This document shows, one piece after another, positions 46,006-60,796 of a stretch of DNA of 64,000 nt; within the stretch, counting starts at the first letter, position 1, and the number at the start of each line of letters is the position of its first letter. Under the pieces are notes generated by a model. The model made no database searches and was not told the DNA's origin. It was given only the letters and a program-made list of their open reading frames with translations. The stretch comes from Microbotryum violaceum (lineage: Eukaryota), in assembly GCA_001244265.2 (NCBI GenBank), contig CDLV01000006.1, positions 868,001 through 932,000 on the forward strand. Reading direction: 5' to 3'. The translations under genes were made by a program, and so were the position numbers.

Positions 46006-48765
46006 ATGTCGTCCGTCGTAGCGGCTGCACCCGACGTGGCGTCTCGCTCCGTGCGCTGGATCGACGAGCTCAGGAAGGCCTTGCCCCACACGGCCATACA
46101 CACACCCCGTGACCCACTGTCAGTCATGCCCAGTCATTCCCTCGCCCTCGTTCATACGGCACATCTTGTCACAGCGCCACGCACCACCTCTGGCACAGGC
46201 CACTGACCGAGATCTCCCTCGCTCCCGCTCCCGCTCTGCGTTCTGCGCATGCGCCTGCCCTTGCTCTACGGCTCCGGCGGCTTGCAGGTACCAACTCTCG
46301 TCGAACCTCTTCAACGCGGCCATCGACTCGCCCGCGCAATGTGCCGTACTCGTCGCCAATACCCAGCAGGTCGTCACCGTCGTCCAGTTCGCCCGCCGAC
46401 ATGGCCTCAGCTTCAGCTGCAAGGGTGGCGGCTTCAACGTCGCGGGGTGGGCCGTCCAGGGCGACATTATCCTCGACCTCTGCCTGCTCGACTCGATCGA
46501 CGTCCATACCGTAGACTCGACCACCGGCCAATTTAATATTGAGCCCTTGTCCCAGCTTCGGACACCTGCTCCGGCGAGCGAATCGTCTTTGCTTCCCCAG
46601 GACGATCAGCTCGCGAGGAAGCGCAAGGCGGCGGGAGCTCCTGAGCCACCCCCCAACGACGCCCAGGGCGCTTCCTCGACTTCCGAAGATGAGACCACGG
46701 CCTCTTCGATCAAGCGATATTCTCCGAACGTACGCACCGCCAGCCCTACCCCGTTGCGACAGGCATTGGGCCCGAGTGACCCCTCCGACGCCCACTCGGA
46801 GCACGGCCAGACCAGCACCTCGACCGCTCACTCGTCGCCTTCCTCGTCACGCGACGGTCCGCACGGCTTGAACTCGGGTTCGGGTTCGGGTTCGGGCTCA
46901 GGGTCTGGCTCTGGTGAAGCGAGCGAGGAGACGGGCTTCACGAGTCACCCCTCGAGGGAGGCGAGCCGTTCCGACGGCAAGGGAACATCTTCGGTGAATA
47001 GCCGTACGGATGCGTCGGCCGTCAGGAGTAGCGTCGTCGAGGGGACACGTTCATGGGTCGAGGAGCAAAAGACTCGTGGTGATGGTCAACTTTCGCCTCG
47101 TGCTATCGCCCTGCCCCATCAGAGCTCCCAAATCTCGACACCGAATCCACCCGTGACCAATGCGGGCGTGCCACTAGAGCAAGCCGCGGCGTACGACACA
47201 CCGACCACAACACCCGCCTTTGCGACATCCTTTGTGAACGCGTTCGTACCGAAAATTGCAGGTGGGAACGGCGTCGGTCCAACCGATTTGTCTGGGCTCG
47301 TACCATCGTCCAACATGTCGAACGACTCGACTCGGTTCGTCTTCGACTCGTCGGCCTTGCACCGCGGCTCACTCAATGCCAACAGCTCTACCAGCGCACC
47401 GGCCCCCTCTTCGTTTGGAACGAACGTCTCGAGCTCGGCAACGGCAGCGTCTTCGTCCTCGGGAACCGCTCGCACGGTCGCCAGCAACTCGAGCCGATCG
47501 AACTCCTGGACGTCGAGCCGCTCGCACGCACTCGTCACAATCGGGGCTGGTGCCAAATCGAAAAACATCGATGCTGTCACTGGTGCTTTGTCATATCACG
47601 TACCTCTGGCGGCTTACCCCGTCGGCTGCGCCGTCTTTGCTTCGGGCGGCTTTGGCTTCATGTCGCGCAAGCATGGGCTAAGCATGGACAACGTCGTCGA
47701 AGTTGAGATGGTGCTCGCTGATGGTCGAGTCATGTACCTCACTCCGCCCAAGAGCGAGAGCGTCAAGGGTAAGGAGGTCGAATTGTCCGAGGAAGAGCTT
47801 CGGCACGAGGAAGAGATGAAGGAGCTTTGGTGGGCCTTTAGGGGCGCTGGATTGGCCCTCGGCGTGATGACCAAGATCAGGATCAAGGCGTTCCCCGTTG
47901 GATTGGTATATTCGGGTAACCTCATATTGTGAGTTCTCGAGAGCAGGGTGTCTAGATGCTGGTTCGAAGTTGCTGACCCAGGGCGTTGTCATCCCGCAGC
48001 CCTTTCAATCACATTACTGCCCCCAGTCTGATGAAGCATTGGCGGGACTGCATTAAGAATGCTCCGCGCGAGCTTTACACGAACTTAGTCTTAATCGCCG
48101 GGCCCAATGAGTCGTCTCACGTCATCGTCATCCAATTGTGCTACCTCGGCGATCGCGAGAAAGGCGACCAATACCTCCAAGCCCTTCTCTCATGGGAAGG
48201 CGAAAGATGTCTCCTCAAGGACGTCGAGATGCGCACCTACCTGACGCAACAGCAATCGGTCGTGCAAGTGCTCTCGGCGCAACGAGGGTATCGATGGTGC
48301 ATCCGCGCCGACCTGATGAATTCGATGACGGACGACTGCATCCATTCGACCGTCGACCAGTTCAAGAAAATCCCCGAGCGTTCGGCTTGGCTCTTCGAAT
48401 TGGCTGCAGGGGCGATCGCTGACGCGCCGGAGGAGTCGTCGTGCTTCCCTCGCTCGCATCGCAAAGCGCCTTTCCAAGTCGCGGCGATCCATCAATGGAA
48501 AGAAAAGGCCGACGACGCTTTGTGGGAACTCGCGGCGCGCCGTTGGATCGACTCGACCATCTCACCTTATTCACCTGGCGGTTCCTACCCGTGCTTCTTG
48601 GAATCGCAGGAGAGCATGCAGAGGATACGAAGCACGTTCGGTGGGGGTGAGAATTGGGACAGGCTCAAGCGCGTCAAGAGGCAGTACGATCCTGATAAGA
48701 CGTTGAAGCATTGCTTCTGGATCGATGAGGATGACGCGCCTCCGGAGCTCGTCTGCGGTGCTTGA
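46006..48765 (+). CDS. FAD-linked oxidoreductase (berberine-bridge-enzyme/PCMH-type) with large low-complexity insertion, 3 exons
   Basis: FNAAI, SCKGGGF, GGFGFMSRKHGLSMDNVVEVEMVLADG, LWWAFRGAG, and the BBE tail NWDRLKRVKRQYDP. Confidence 0.9.
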
Positions 48766-49082
48766 GCGATCAATGGGGCGGAGGAGGGTACATCGCGAGG
48801 CGGGTTTGTTTCATTACCTTATCTCTTCCTGTCTGCTTCATCGTTGGCCCATGAGCAGGCTTTGACGCGGTTTATGAGTTTCTTTGGAAAAGAGTCTTAG
48901 ATGGTCACTGCTTCCCGTTCCCGTGCTCGCTTCTCCTCACTTGTAGCCGCCTCTGTACCCCAGCATCCTCGTTCGTTGCGCTCTTGCACCTGCGCAAGCC
49001 TTCGTTCTACTCTATCACTCTGCAATCCATATACGCTGGCGGAAGAACGCAGAGAGGCCGAAAAAGGTGCGACTCGATTGCA

Positions 49083-51340
49083 TCAAAAGTAGCCGCCTTC
49101 GTACCTCGGTTTAGTGGGGAGACCGCCCAACCTCGATGCGAGGGAGGGTGTTCCTGAACTTCCTCCCCCTCCGGTGGGATCGCTTTTACGTTTACCACTC
49201 CTGCCATTCCCGTTCGGTGTACTCCTTCTACTATTATCCCGTCCACTATCCCGTCCACTATCCCGTCCACTATCCCGTCCACTATCCCGTCCACTATCCC
49301 GTCCACTATCCCGTCCACTATCCCGTCCTCTATCTCGTCCACTATCGCGACCCCCCTGCAGCCGATCATCGTCGTCATAAGTACTCCGCAAATCTTTCCT
49401 CCCTGATTCTGGCCCACTGATGGGGGTCCCACCGAACCGATCGTAAGTCGAATTTTTGAATCGTATGTGTCCCCCACCACCTTGGGAAGAACCTCGCCTC
49501 CCTCTCGGCGTCGACTCGGATCCTGACTGTGATTGTTGATGCTTTTTCGATGACGACGAAGATGCCGAGGGTCTCGTGTCTATCGAATCGGATCGACTCG
49601 ATCGATCGTCGCCATAACTCAGTCGATCGGTCAAGCTCGATCGACCATGATTACGATCCCTCGAATCGTGATAAGCATTCCGCCGCCCCGAATCGGTCCT
49701 CCTCGAAGCGAACCAATCATCGTCATCGGCGGGATCGAAGCGTTCGTGTGTTCGCCTCTTATCGCCCGCCATAGGTTGTCCCCTTCTCTTCGCAGCAGCT
49801 TCGGAACCCGTGGGGCCACCTCTCTGTCCGACGCGATTGGGTAAGCCAATCGCCCAGTCCCCCAAGGCTTCACGATTGAAAGCCGAATTATCGACATACT
49901 TCATCGGATGCCCTCTCGGGATCGGGCACTCGTCGATGAAATGGTCCTTATTTGAGCCACAGTTGGCACAGGCGAGGATCACTTTCCGCTTTGTCGGTTT
50001 CGCGCCTCGAGTATCGTAGATGCGCCATAGGCTCGGACAATTCGTTGGAAGGTGGAGCGTCGAAGAGCAATGCGTACACCGCGCGCCGTAGTTGCCTCGT
50101 ACGGGGTGGGCGGCCGTGCAATCGCGTGCCATGTGGCCTCGGGATCCGCAGGCGGAGCAGACGAGGGAGACGGGGCAGTTGCGAGCTTCGTGGTCGGCGT
50201 CGACTTGGGCGCAAATGAAGCATTGTGAATGGGTGCAGTCGCGCGACGAGTGGCCTTGTTCTGTGAAGGCCGAAACCAGCTCGGGTACGGTCAGTCCCGC
50301 GCGAGGCGTTGAGAGTGTATTATGACTGAGCTCGACCGACCTCCGCAGAGAACACACGACTTTGATGGATCGGCCTCTTTGTAGTACCGGCCAGTGACCT
50401 GGGAACGACATCAAGAGGGGGTTAGCTCTCGTTTCCGATGCGAGCGTCAGATTCTTGCGTGTGATCTCACCTTGGCTTGACTGTCATCGACAATTCTTCC
50501 TTGGATCGCTTTGGCGAGGGATGCTTCATCGTGCCACTCTTCCTCTTGTTCACTGCTCTCTTCTTCTTCGTCGTCATGGTCATCGTCGTGGTCGTGTTCA
50601 TCATCAGTAGCCAAAACGTCGTGGGCAAAGTCCCTCATGGCTTGCTCCTCCCTCTCGAGATCCTCGGCCTGCTGTCTCCGTCTACGCTCGTACGCGGTCT
50701 CATTCTTGTGCTCGTGCGCCTCGCTAACAGTGGGTGTCTCGAGCAGTTCCTCGGGCACGACCGAAGGTTGCAGATCGACGACAAAGAGACCATCAAAGTC
50801 ACCCTGCACCTCGCCTTCCTCGACGTCGGGCGAGTGTTCCTTGGAGCGGTTGGTCGTCGCTCCACTAGGATTCTTCTTCTTGTTTGCCCTCGATCTGCCT
50901 CTACCTCGCTTGTGAGGGGGTGTTGGGTCCTGATCCTGATCCTGATCCTGGGTGGTGGTGGAGTGTGATGTCTCTGCGGCGAGATTGGCTGTGGCTGTGG
51001 CTGTGGCTGTGGCTGTGGCTGTGGCTGAGGATCGAATGGAGAGAGTCGGGGAAGCTGTCGAGGTCGAAGCCTGGGTCGTTGCGGTGCTCGTCGTCGAGAA
51101 CGATGTGGGTTTGGGTGATGGCAACCTAAAGCTGATGAAGGGGGAGGTTGTAGCGGCTTGTGTCTCGTCTGCTGTTGCGGTCGGTTCGATCCGAGTCGCT
51201 GGTCCGATCGAGAGTGGGCGCGAACTGGGCGACAAGAGAGAGGATGAGATGGCCGTCTTCGACTGCGGAGGCGGCGATGGCAGGGACAAGGTCCTCTGGC
51301 TGGACGTCGTTGGCTTTTTGGGCGGTTGTAGGCGACCCAT
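49083..51340 (-). CDS. AIR2: Air1/Air2 zinc-knuckle subunit of the TRAMP complex (3 exons)
   Basis: Five CCHC knuckles after splicing: CVLCGEQGHSSRDC, CFICAQVDADHEARNC, CSACGSRGHMARDC, CTHCSSTLHLPTNC, CANCGSNKDHFIDEC. Upstream GRY and the LWRIY (IWRxY) motif. Tail ends YEGGYF. Confidence 0.88.
49235..49346. repeat. 12-bp minisatellite TATCCCGTCCAC (7 perfect plus 2 variant copies) encoding (RDSG)n in Air
   Basis: Read directly from the sequence. Confidence 0.95.
50986..51027. repeat. (TGGCTG)7 encoding (AT)n in the Air N-terminus
   Basis: Read directly. A (CCTGAT)3 run encoding QDQDQD lies nearby at about 50929-50949. Confidence 0.9.
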
Positions 51341-51607
51341 CTCTTGTCGCCTTGCCGGGGGGTTGGGTGCGAGCAAGTGTGGCCGGAGTCGAATCCGAGC
51401 GCAGACGGAGGGAGGCCCGAGCTGGCGCGCGCGAGCTTGCGAAACCGGATGAAATGAAAGCGATCCAAGCAAGCGACGGTTAGTAATGCCCAATTCGCCC
51501 CGCTCAGTCCGCCTTTTCTCGCAGTTGCCACAGCTCTACTCTACGTCCCCACTTCCCACCCCTCTCCTCTGCCCCACACCCAGCACGCGCGCGCTCTCCC
51601 CCAATCT

Positions 51608-54600
51608 ATGCTCCCACCCTCCGCACCACCCATCGTCGCACTCGATGATCAAACGGCGTGTCTGGTCCGATCGTCGCTCGTGATCTCGTCGTTGCCCTGT
51701 GCGCTACTCGAACTCGTCCAGAACGCCTTGGACGCCCATGCCACTTCGATCAAGCTAGTCGTGAACCTCACGCACTGGACCATCCGTTGCTGCGACAACG
51801 GAGACGGCATACCCGCCCGCTTCCTCCCTCTGATCGGTCAACGTCATGCGGCGAGCTCCGGCTCGACTTCGACTGGCACCCGGCGACGAGGAGAGGCGTT
51901 GGCGAGTCTGGCGCAGATCGGGTGGTTGGAATTGAGTACACGCGCCAAGGGTGGACAACCGGGCTGGGAAGTAGGAATACGTGGACGGGAGCGTCTTTAC
52001 GAACGGAGCCTGCCACACCGATCGACGCCCATCGTCGAGGCCCCTCCAGCTCAACCAGCTCCAGGTCAATGTGGGGGTCAGCTGCAGCGGCAGAGCCCCC
52101 CCACCGGCACGACGGTTACCGTCCGGGACCTGTTTTATCAGGTCAGTCAAAGAATCGCGCTGCGACCACTACTCTTTGTCGATTGACTCAAGAAAAACCT
52201 GATGTCCACTTGTAGTGGCCTGTTCGACGGAAACCGCTGAGCTCCCCCTCGGGCCGATCCACAGCCCTGACTCGACTGCGCAAGGAGCTCGCCATAGTAG
52301 CTCTCGCCCATCCCGCCGTCGCCTTTTCGCTAGTCGACACCTCGACCAACGAAACCCACTCCCTCTCGTCCACTCGATCCAAGACCGTGTTGAACGTCCA
52401 GAAATCATCGACCGATGCGCTGTGGGCGAGGTGGAAGCAGGTGTGGGGCAGAGCAGGCGTAGAGCACGTCCACGAGTTCCACCTTCATGAGCGGACCGAT
52501 CAGACCGACTTGGAGGGATGGCAAGCCGACGGCTTCTTTTCGCTCGGAGCATCTCATTCAAAATCGGATCAATTCATATGCACGTTTTGCCTGATCGAGT
52601 GTACGGATCGTCTCATGTGGACCGACCGGGCTGATCAGATCGCTTGCCGCCTTGTGCGCAGTCGTCAATTCGAGACCCGTCTCGACCTCTGCTCTGTACG
52701 GACTCATCAATGCGCGATTCGGAACCTCTTCCTTTGCTCGCAATTCTTCCTCGCTTCTCGCAACACCCCATTCTTCGCCCGGCAAGACCACTACCACACC
52801 AGCCGCGCGCAAGAGCCCCAAAAAGGTCGCCGAACGGTACCCCATCTTCGCGCTCAGGTTGCGGCTACCCGAGGATCAAGTCGATTGGGCACTTGAACCG
52901 GAGAGGCGGGTAGCCGAGTTCCAGGTTAGCTGCAGTGGAAAGAACTCTGAGCTGCCGTAAACGTTCATATTGACTGCCGAGCTGACACCTGATTTGCCCA
53001 CTTCACTACCCAGGACCCGGATCGTGTCCACACTTTCGTCCAATCCGTCGTCGACGCATTCCTCCGTGCGCACGGTCACCTTCCTCAAACCACATCCAAA
53101 GCTCAATCCGGAGCACCTCTTTCAACGGTTTTAAATGCCCCTCCTCGACCCATTAGTCTCACTCGCTCGCGCTACGAATTCCAATCCCCTCAACGCAAGA
53201 CGACCCCGGCTCGCGCATCGTCTCGCGCGCGTCCTTTGTCACCTGACGGGCCCGGCCCGATCGTTTTTCCGCAGCCAAGAGAGGAGGGGAATGTGGTTGG
53301 GCAGTCGGAACACGATCCCATCGAATGGGTCGACCCTCGCACCAAGCAACGCTTCTTGATCGACCCTAGGATGGGTCACTCTTGGTCCCCCGCCGCGGTG
53401 AGAAACAGTCGCGACCCCAACGCCGAAACGCCGGAGATTGAACCCACAACTAGGAGCGTAAAGAAGAGCCTAGTTGATCGTTCAAAGCTCAAGAGAGCTC
53501 GACTGGAGCCGACGCCAAGCGGAGACGGTAACGATGATGACGAAGAGATGCCGACTTGGTTGACGAGCACCCTTCGGGAATGGCACAACCCCATCTTCCC
53601 CTCCAACCCCGCGCCTGTGCGCTCCGTCGTCGCTCATGCTACGGGGGGGCCTTCGGACGTGGCGAGGGCACCTAAGAACGTGCTCGGTCACTCACATCGG
53701 TTCCACAAAGCTTCTTTAACGAAAGATACTTTCATCGCTCAGCTCGATGCTAAATACCTTTTGGTCAAGTTGGAGACCTCGGTCGATTCGGAACCGTCAT
53801 CGAACGAGTCCCAGGGTCGACCCACGACGACGACGACGACGACGACGATGGAGACGTTGGCGGTGATTGATCAACACGCCGCTTCTGAACGGGTGAGGGT
53901 GGAAAATTTTCTTCAAGACTATTGCGGGACCGTCGCCCGAGGCGGGACTGTGGCGACGATGGGGTTGAATGGCGAAGAAGGGGCGTTGATCTTGGTCTCG
54001 TCGAAGGAGGCCGAATTCGTCAAGGAGCACCTAGGCGACTTCGAACGATGGGGGATCCTTCTTGGCTTCGACGCACCTGACAGCGTTTCAGGGAATAGGA
54101 GTGCGTCATCATCGATTGTTTCAACCGATTACGCCCAACTTCGACTCCTTCGAGTTCCCAAGATCACTGCGGACCGCCTCTCGACCGAACCTAGACTTCA
54201 ACAAAGTTTGGTCCGATCATTCGTCGCCTTACTCGAGAACCAACCCTCTTCCGGATCGGCACCCAGTAAGAGCAGCCATGGTGTGCACTGGACGCATTTG
54301 CTCAAGGACGCGCCACCCGTAATGATCGACTTGATCAATTCGAAAGCGTGTCGAGGGGCGATCATGTTCAATGACCGTAAGTCCGTCCCAGCCGTTAAGG
54401 CCGACCTAGAAGAATCCGCCCAGCTCATCCATCCAGATCAACTGACTTTTTCGATCTCGGGCACGCTTAATCAGACCTCACCTCACTTCAATGCACGAAC
54501 CTCGTCACCCAACTCGGCCAAACGCACTTCCCCTTCATCTGCGCGCATGGAAGACCGAGTTTGATGCCGTTGGTCAACTTGGCCCCTGCCACGAAGGAAG

Positions 54601-54683
54601 AATCAGGATTGAGCTCGAAGCGAGGGAAGTTGGATTGGGGGAGTTGGGGTTGGAAGGAGGTGAGGAGTGATGGTGCGATGTGA
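51608..54683 (+). CDS. MLH3: MutL homolog Mlh3 (5 exons, one GC-AG intron)
   Basis: ELVQNALDA, DNGDGI, RGEALASL, GTTVTVRDLFY-WPVRRK. Endonuclease motifs DQHAASERVRVE, SKACRGAIMFND and FPFICAHGRPS. Confidence 0.92.
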
Positions 54684-55220
54684 TGCGATGTGCGGAAATG
54701 GTGGGGAGCTGACAGTCGCGGGGCACACTGGGGAACCGTGTCGGGAGGGATGTTTTCGTCGCAGACTCTACATTTTCGATAAAGGAGCTCTTTTCATACC
54801 TAGGTAGCTTATGAGAGGTGAATGGGATCGCTTTGAGCTCAAGACTAACTTCCCGAGGGTCCTCGGTTGATGGTCCAACGACAAGAGCGCACTGGGCATC
54901 TGATACAGCAGAGAGCATTTTCTGGGAGGGGAGGCCACTTTGGCTACGAAAGAAGAGAAGGGAGGTGTTCGTTATCGGAGACAAAAGAAGAAAACCCCAA
55001 ACAATCACAGCAGAGGAATAGTTCAGGAGGGAAAAGATGGCGCTCGATTGCGAGGAGCAAAGAGGGAGGAAGGGGGTTCGAGGTGGGGCAAAGCTGATCT
55101 TGTTTGCGGAACATGTATAGTGGAAACAGGAACAAAGGCCCACGAAGAGCAAAGAAGGAAAGAAGGCAAAAATTGACACAAAAAAGAAGGCTAGGCGACA
55201 TACAGCGGTTCACACCAACA

Positions 55221-56477
55221 TCATTGGAACGTGCCGAACGACCGTTCCCCAAGTTCTGTAATGCTGTCCTCGTTCGGTGTTGCTGGTGCCGACGGTTCTG
55301 TAAAGTCGTAGGCAGAACCGGCGAGGAGGTCAGTATGGACCACGCGTTTATTGACCTCGAACAAAAATCACCGGGAGTGGCCCCACTGTCAAAGAACCTG
55401 AACCGCAGACGATGGAACATGGGCAGTTTGGGTGCCAAGCCCACCAGGATGAGCGAGACGAGGTTGAGGGTGAAGAAAGCGGGGTGCGAGTCGTATCGGG
55501 TGTAATGTGTCGACACGAGGAAGAGGGCGATGGGCAGTGTGGTGAGCCACTTCTTTGCCGGGGTGTGCTGCGCGCCCGAGTCGATCTGCTCCCACAGCGT
55601 CAACGAGTCGTACGCGCCCGAGTTGTTCATGTCGAACGGGACGCCTTGGACGTAGTGGAACATGATATACGAGATCTGTTCACGCTCGGGTACGGTCAGT
55701 GGTGTGTCTTGTGCCTACACACGCTGGGGAGGGAGGAGGGCTCACGAAGAGATAGCCGAGGTTGACGATGGTCCATATCAGATCCGGTGTGGTGCCCGGA
55801 ATGATGTCGAGGATGACGATCCCGGCGATGATGCCGATGACATGGATGAGCCATGCACCTGTGGGGAGGATGGCTATTCGTCAATGACCTGCACCTGCGA
55901 AAGTAGACCCACGCCGAGACACCGATGACGACGACGGTCTCTGTTCGCCTCCACCTCGTGATCGTGGCCGGATCCAGGGCGCTGAGACTCCTTTGGACGG
56001 TGGCCCACTTGAGAGGATTGTCATTCTGGCATGGCCCTAGGACCACCCAGCGAATGTTACGTTGGCCGTAGGCATGGCCACGGAGGAGACAACGCCCCGA
56101 GTCAGAAGCTCGCTCGAATACGAACGCGAAAGCGCACCCTTGTAGTTAACCCATTCGGCATTGACGTTGGTGAGCGCGGCCTGGTCGAGCGAGTCGTCGT
56201 AGTTGATTGGGACCTCCTGCACGGACAGCACGGACGCACTCCGCGGTCGTCGCATCGGTGATGCTGCCGAGCCTGGGTTCGAACTGCCCAGACCCAATGC
56301 GCTGGCCGCTGACGTCGCAGCCGCGCCGCTCGTGTCGATCGTCAGCGCGGTTGCTGCACCCGACGAGCTCGCCGAGGGGGGGCCAGTCGAGGCCGAGCGC
56401 GCACGTCGGAAAGGTGGTTGGGATGGCAAGGCCGACGACCGCCCAGTAGGCGACAGCAACGCCGGGTTCGCACTCAT
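55221..56477 (-). CDS. ORM1: Orm/ORMDL serine-palmitoyltransferase regulator (4 exons)
   Basis: NVNAEWVNYKGAWLIH, MFHYVQGVPFD, LTLWEQID, TPAKKWL, STHYT, PKLPMFHRLR. N-terminal RRPRSAS phospho-motif. Confidence 0.95.
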
Positions 56478-56879
56478 GTCCGTGACGAGGATGCAGGCCG
56501 TTGCAGTCGAGTCGGGTCGGCTTTGGCGCGCAGTGGGTGGGGGCTGAGGCTGAAACCGAGACGCCCTCCGGAGGCCCAGAGCAGCCCAGCCGCCCAGCGC
56601 TCACAGCAGCTCAGAGCGCTCAGAGGCGGACCATATAGCGCAGCAGGAGGCGGTGGCCCACGGCTCCCCGATGTCAGCGCGGCAAGGCTGCACGCCCGTC
56701 CCCTCACTGCAGCTGCTGACGAGTCCCCGCGCTCACATCGAATCAGCTCCGAGAGTAGCAGTAAGACGCTCGAGTTTCATCTTATGCAAAATTACAGGGC
56801 AATAGGCAATAGTACCAGATAGCACACTCTTATGGCAGAATCCGTCGACCGACGCAAGAGCCATCAACTCTGTTCCGCC

Positions 56880-58576
<1,697 letters not shown>

Positions 58577-60796
58577 AATTGGTGGTCTGTGAGCTGTCAA
58601 GATAGAAGGAATGGCACAGCACTGCACCGTTCGTCAGCTTCACGCCATGAGATGTCACCCGAGACCTTGACTCACAAGAAGACAAAACAAAAGTAGAATG
58701 CGGAAGAGGAAAACCAGTGCGTCGAATGGACACAGGACGAGCCCAAACTCGTGCTCCATCTCCACTTGCCTCAACATCTCCTGGTGTAAACAACTCCGCG
58801 CCGCCTATACGCTAGGCCAAATTGGCCATGCATTGGGGTACCTATAAATACAGCAAAGGGTGGGGTAGGTAGGTAGTCTGCTTCTTTCGTAGGAGAACAT
58901 CTGGTTATGTGTGGATGCATTCATGTCGTCTGCTCACCCTACTGTCGGCGCGGTTCCCTGTAAGTCTAGCCTTCGCTCCAGTTCCGGAGGCGCTCAGCCC
59001 GTCAGAGTTGTTCACGAATCCATTTCATCCCAGACACCAAGTGGCACCAAGTGACTGCGATTTGAGATGCGAAGTATCCGGCATGCATTTTTCAAGCACG
59101 AAGAAAGGGACTACAATTGGTTGCCATTGTTGGTTACCCGGGCTCGAGGCAACCAAGCTCACCCAACGCAACCCCCTATGTCTCGATCAGACAAGCATTT
59201 ATGGCATGGCTCAAGGGACCGCGTTGCAGCTGGCTTAGACACATCTACGTTTCCACGGGAGTCTGACACGTAGCTTAGCCCCGATCAGAACTACGAAGAT
59301 AGTCACTAGGCGGATACCTACCTGTGAATGTGTATGTGCCCAGTACCCCCCGGGAGTCACAGGCTGCTACGGAAGCCCACTAGTCCTTGTCTGTGCTCGC
59401 TTCTTCCAATTGAACCGAGAGGCCGGTGAGTCCGTGAGTCCGTGACTGTCTTGGCTGGGCCGCGGAGAAACCCGGCACCTAGCGCTGTTCACGCCCTGGC
59501 AGCAACTTCGTCGTACGAGAGGCGCGTCTCGCCGGTTCGGAGGCCGCTGTGTGCATCCTGTTGAAATGTGTACAGGCAGCCCAGCATAGATGAGTTGGTG
59601 CCACCGGTACTGTGTAGAGGTGGCTTACCTACCGACTGCAGCTGAGGGCCATGCCTTTTTTAGGCACCTGACTCATCAGCATGGGTCCTGGCAAAGGTCG
59701 GTCTCCGGACTCAGTAAACCGAGAGTTTCGCCTCATCGATAACCCACGGAGCCTATAACGTTAACCAGATCAGCGAGCCCGAGGCGAGCTTCATTCTAGC
59801 TTGTGTACACGCAAAATAGGCACGATTTTTGAGTAGACAGCTCAAGCTCGCCGTAAAATTTAGGTAGACCGACGACTAGCCAAGGCGGACCGCTTCAGGC
59901 CAACGCGCGTAACCGCGGCCTGTTCCGCCCCGCGGGAAAATACTGCACGGCTGAGAAGTTACCTCTAGGCTCTGGGGGCCTCGACCTGCACTTCTACAAC
60001 CTTTGTCATCGCAGCACCCTAGGTTGGCACCTGCAGGTACAGGTAGGTAGATGCTGGGGTCCCTGTACATGATGCGCATGGCTGGTAGAGTCACGCCGGT
60101 ACGTGAACTGCTGCCAGTCATGATAGGTGCCTATTTGTGGATCAGAGACATTTGGAAGAGCGCCGTGGATGCAGCCAGCAACCGGCCAACCAGCGGCCTT
60201 CGCGCACATCCTCGGAGGTAGTACGTACCCGAGGCATAGGAACCAAACCCACATATTTGAAGCCGCTGGATCGGTAGACAAGCTTCGAGCTCCCATAGGC
60301 AGGTTCTCAGCCTGTTCTCGGAGAAAACTTGGCTCCCGAGTCGCCAGATTTACAGCCTGGATGTGACATGATTGTTCTCGCACGGATCACTGACTTAAGG
60401 CCAGCAGTGCTTTGACGCTCAGATCAGAGCAGTGCTACGTAGGTACAAGGAGTATTATTACTCAGCTGCTTAGGCGGGTAGGTATGTTGGTAGTGGATCC
60501 ATGGTAGATACCCTACCTCAGGTAGGTAGGTCGATAAGTAGAAACGACGTCACGACTCGCGGAGTCGCGGAGTGATCCGACCGTCCCGAATCCCCCCACC
60601 CCGCACGGTTCAAAAATTAAGAAGCACCTTCGGGCGTGCCTGATATATCTGATACCCCACGTCGCTTGATGGAACGCGCGGGTTCCTCGGTCATCAGCTG
60701 CTAACGGTCGTGTCGACACCACCCGATCTTCGGTAAAGTAGATACCTACTATCTCACGGGAAGGAGAGCGCCGCCGACAGCCTCAGATTCCTTGAT

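Noticed and set aside
49235..49346. Possible CRISPR array
   Set aside because: Contiguous 12-bp units without spacers, inside a eukaryotic CDS, and no cas genes.
49900..50360. Zinc knuckles as retrotransposon Gag
   Set aside because: Five knuckles plus LWRIY and introns fit Air1/2; no protease, RT, integrase or LTRs.
59876..60383. Short ORFs in the 59-61 kb gap as transposase or gene
   Set aside because: No recognisable motifs, terminal repeats or coherent exon structure.
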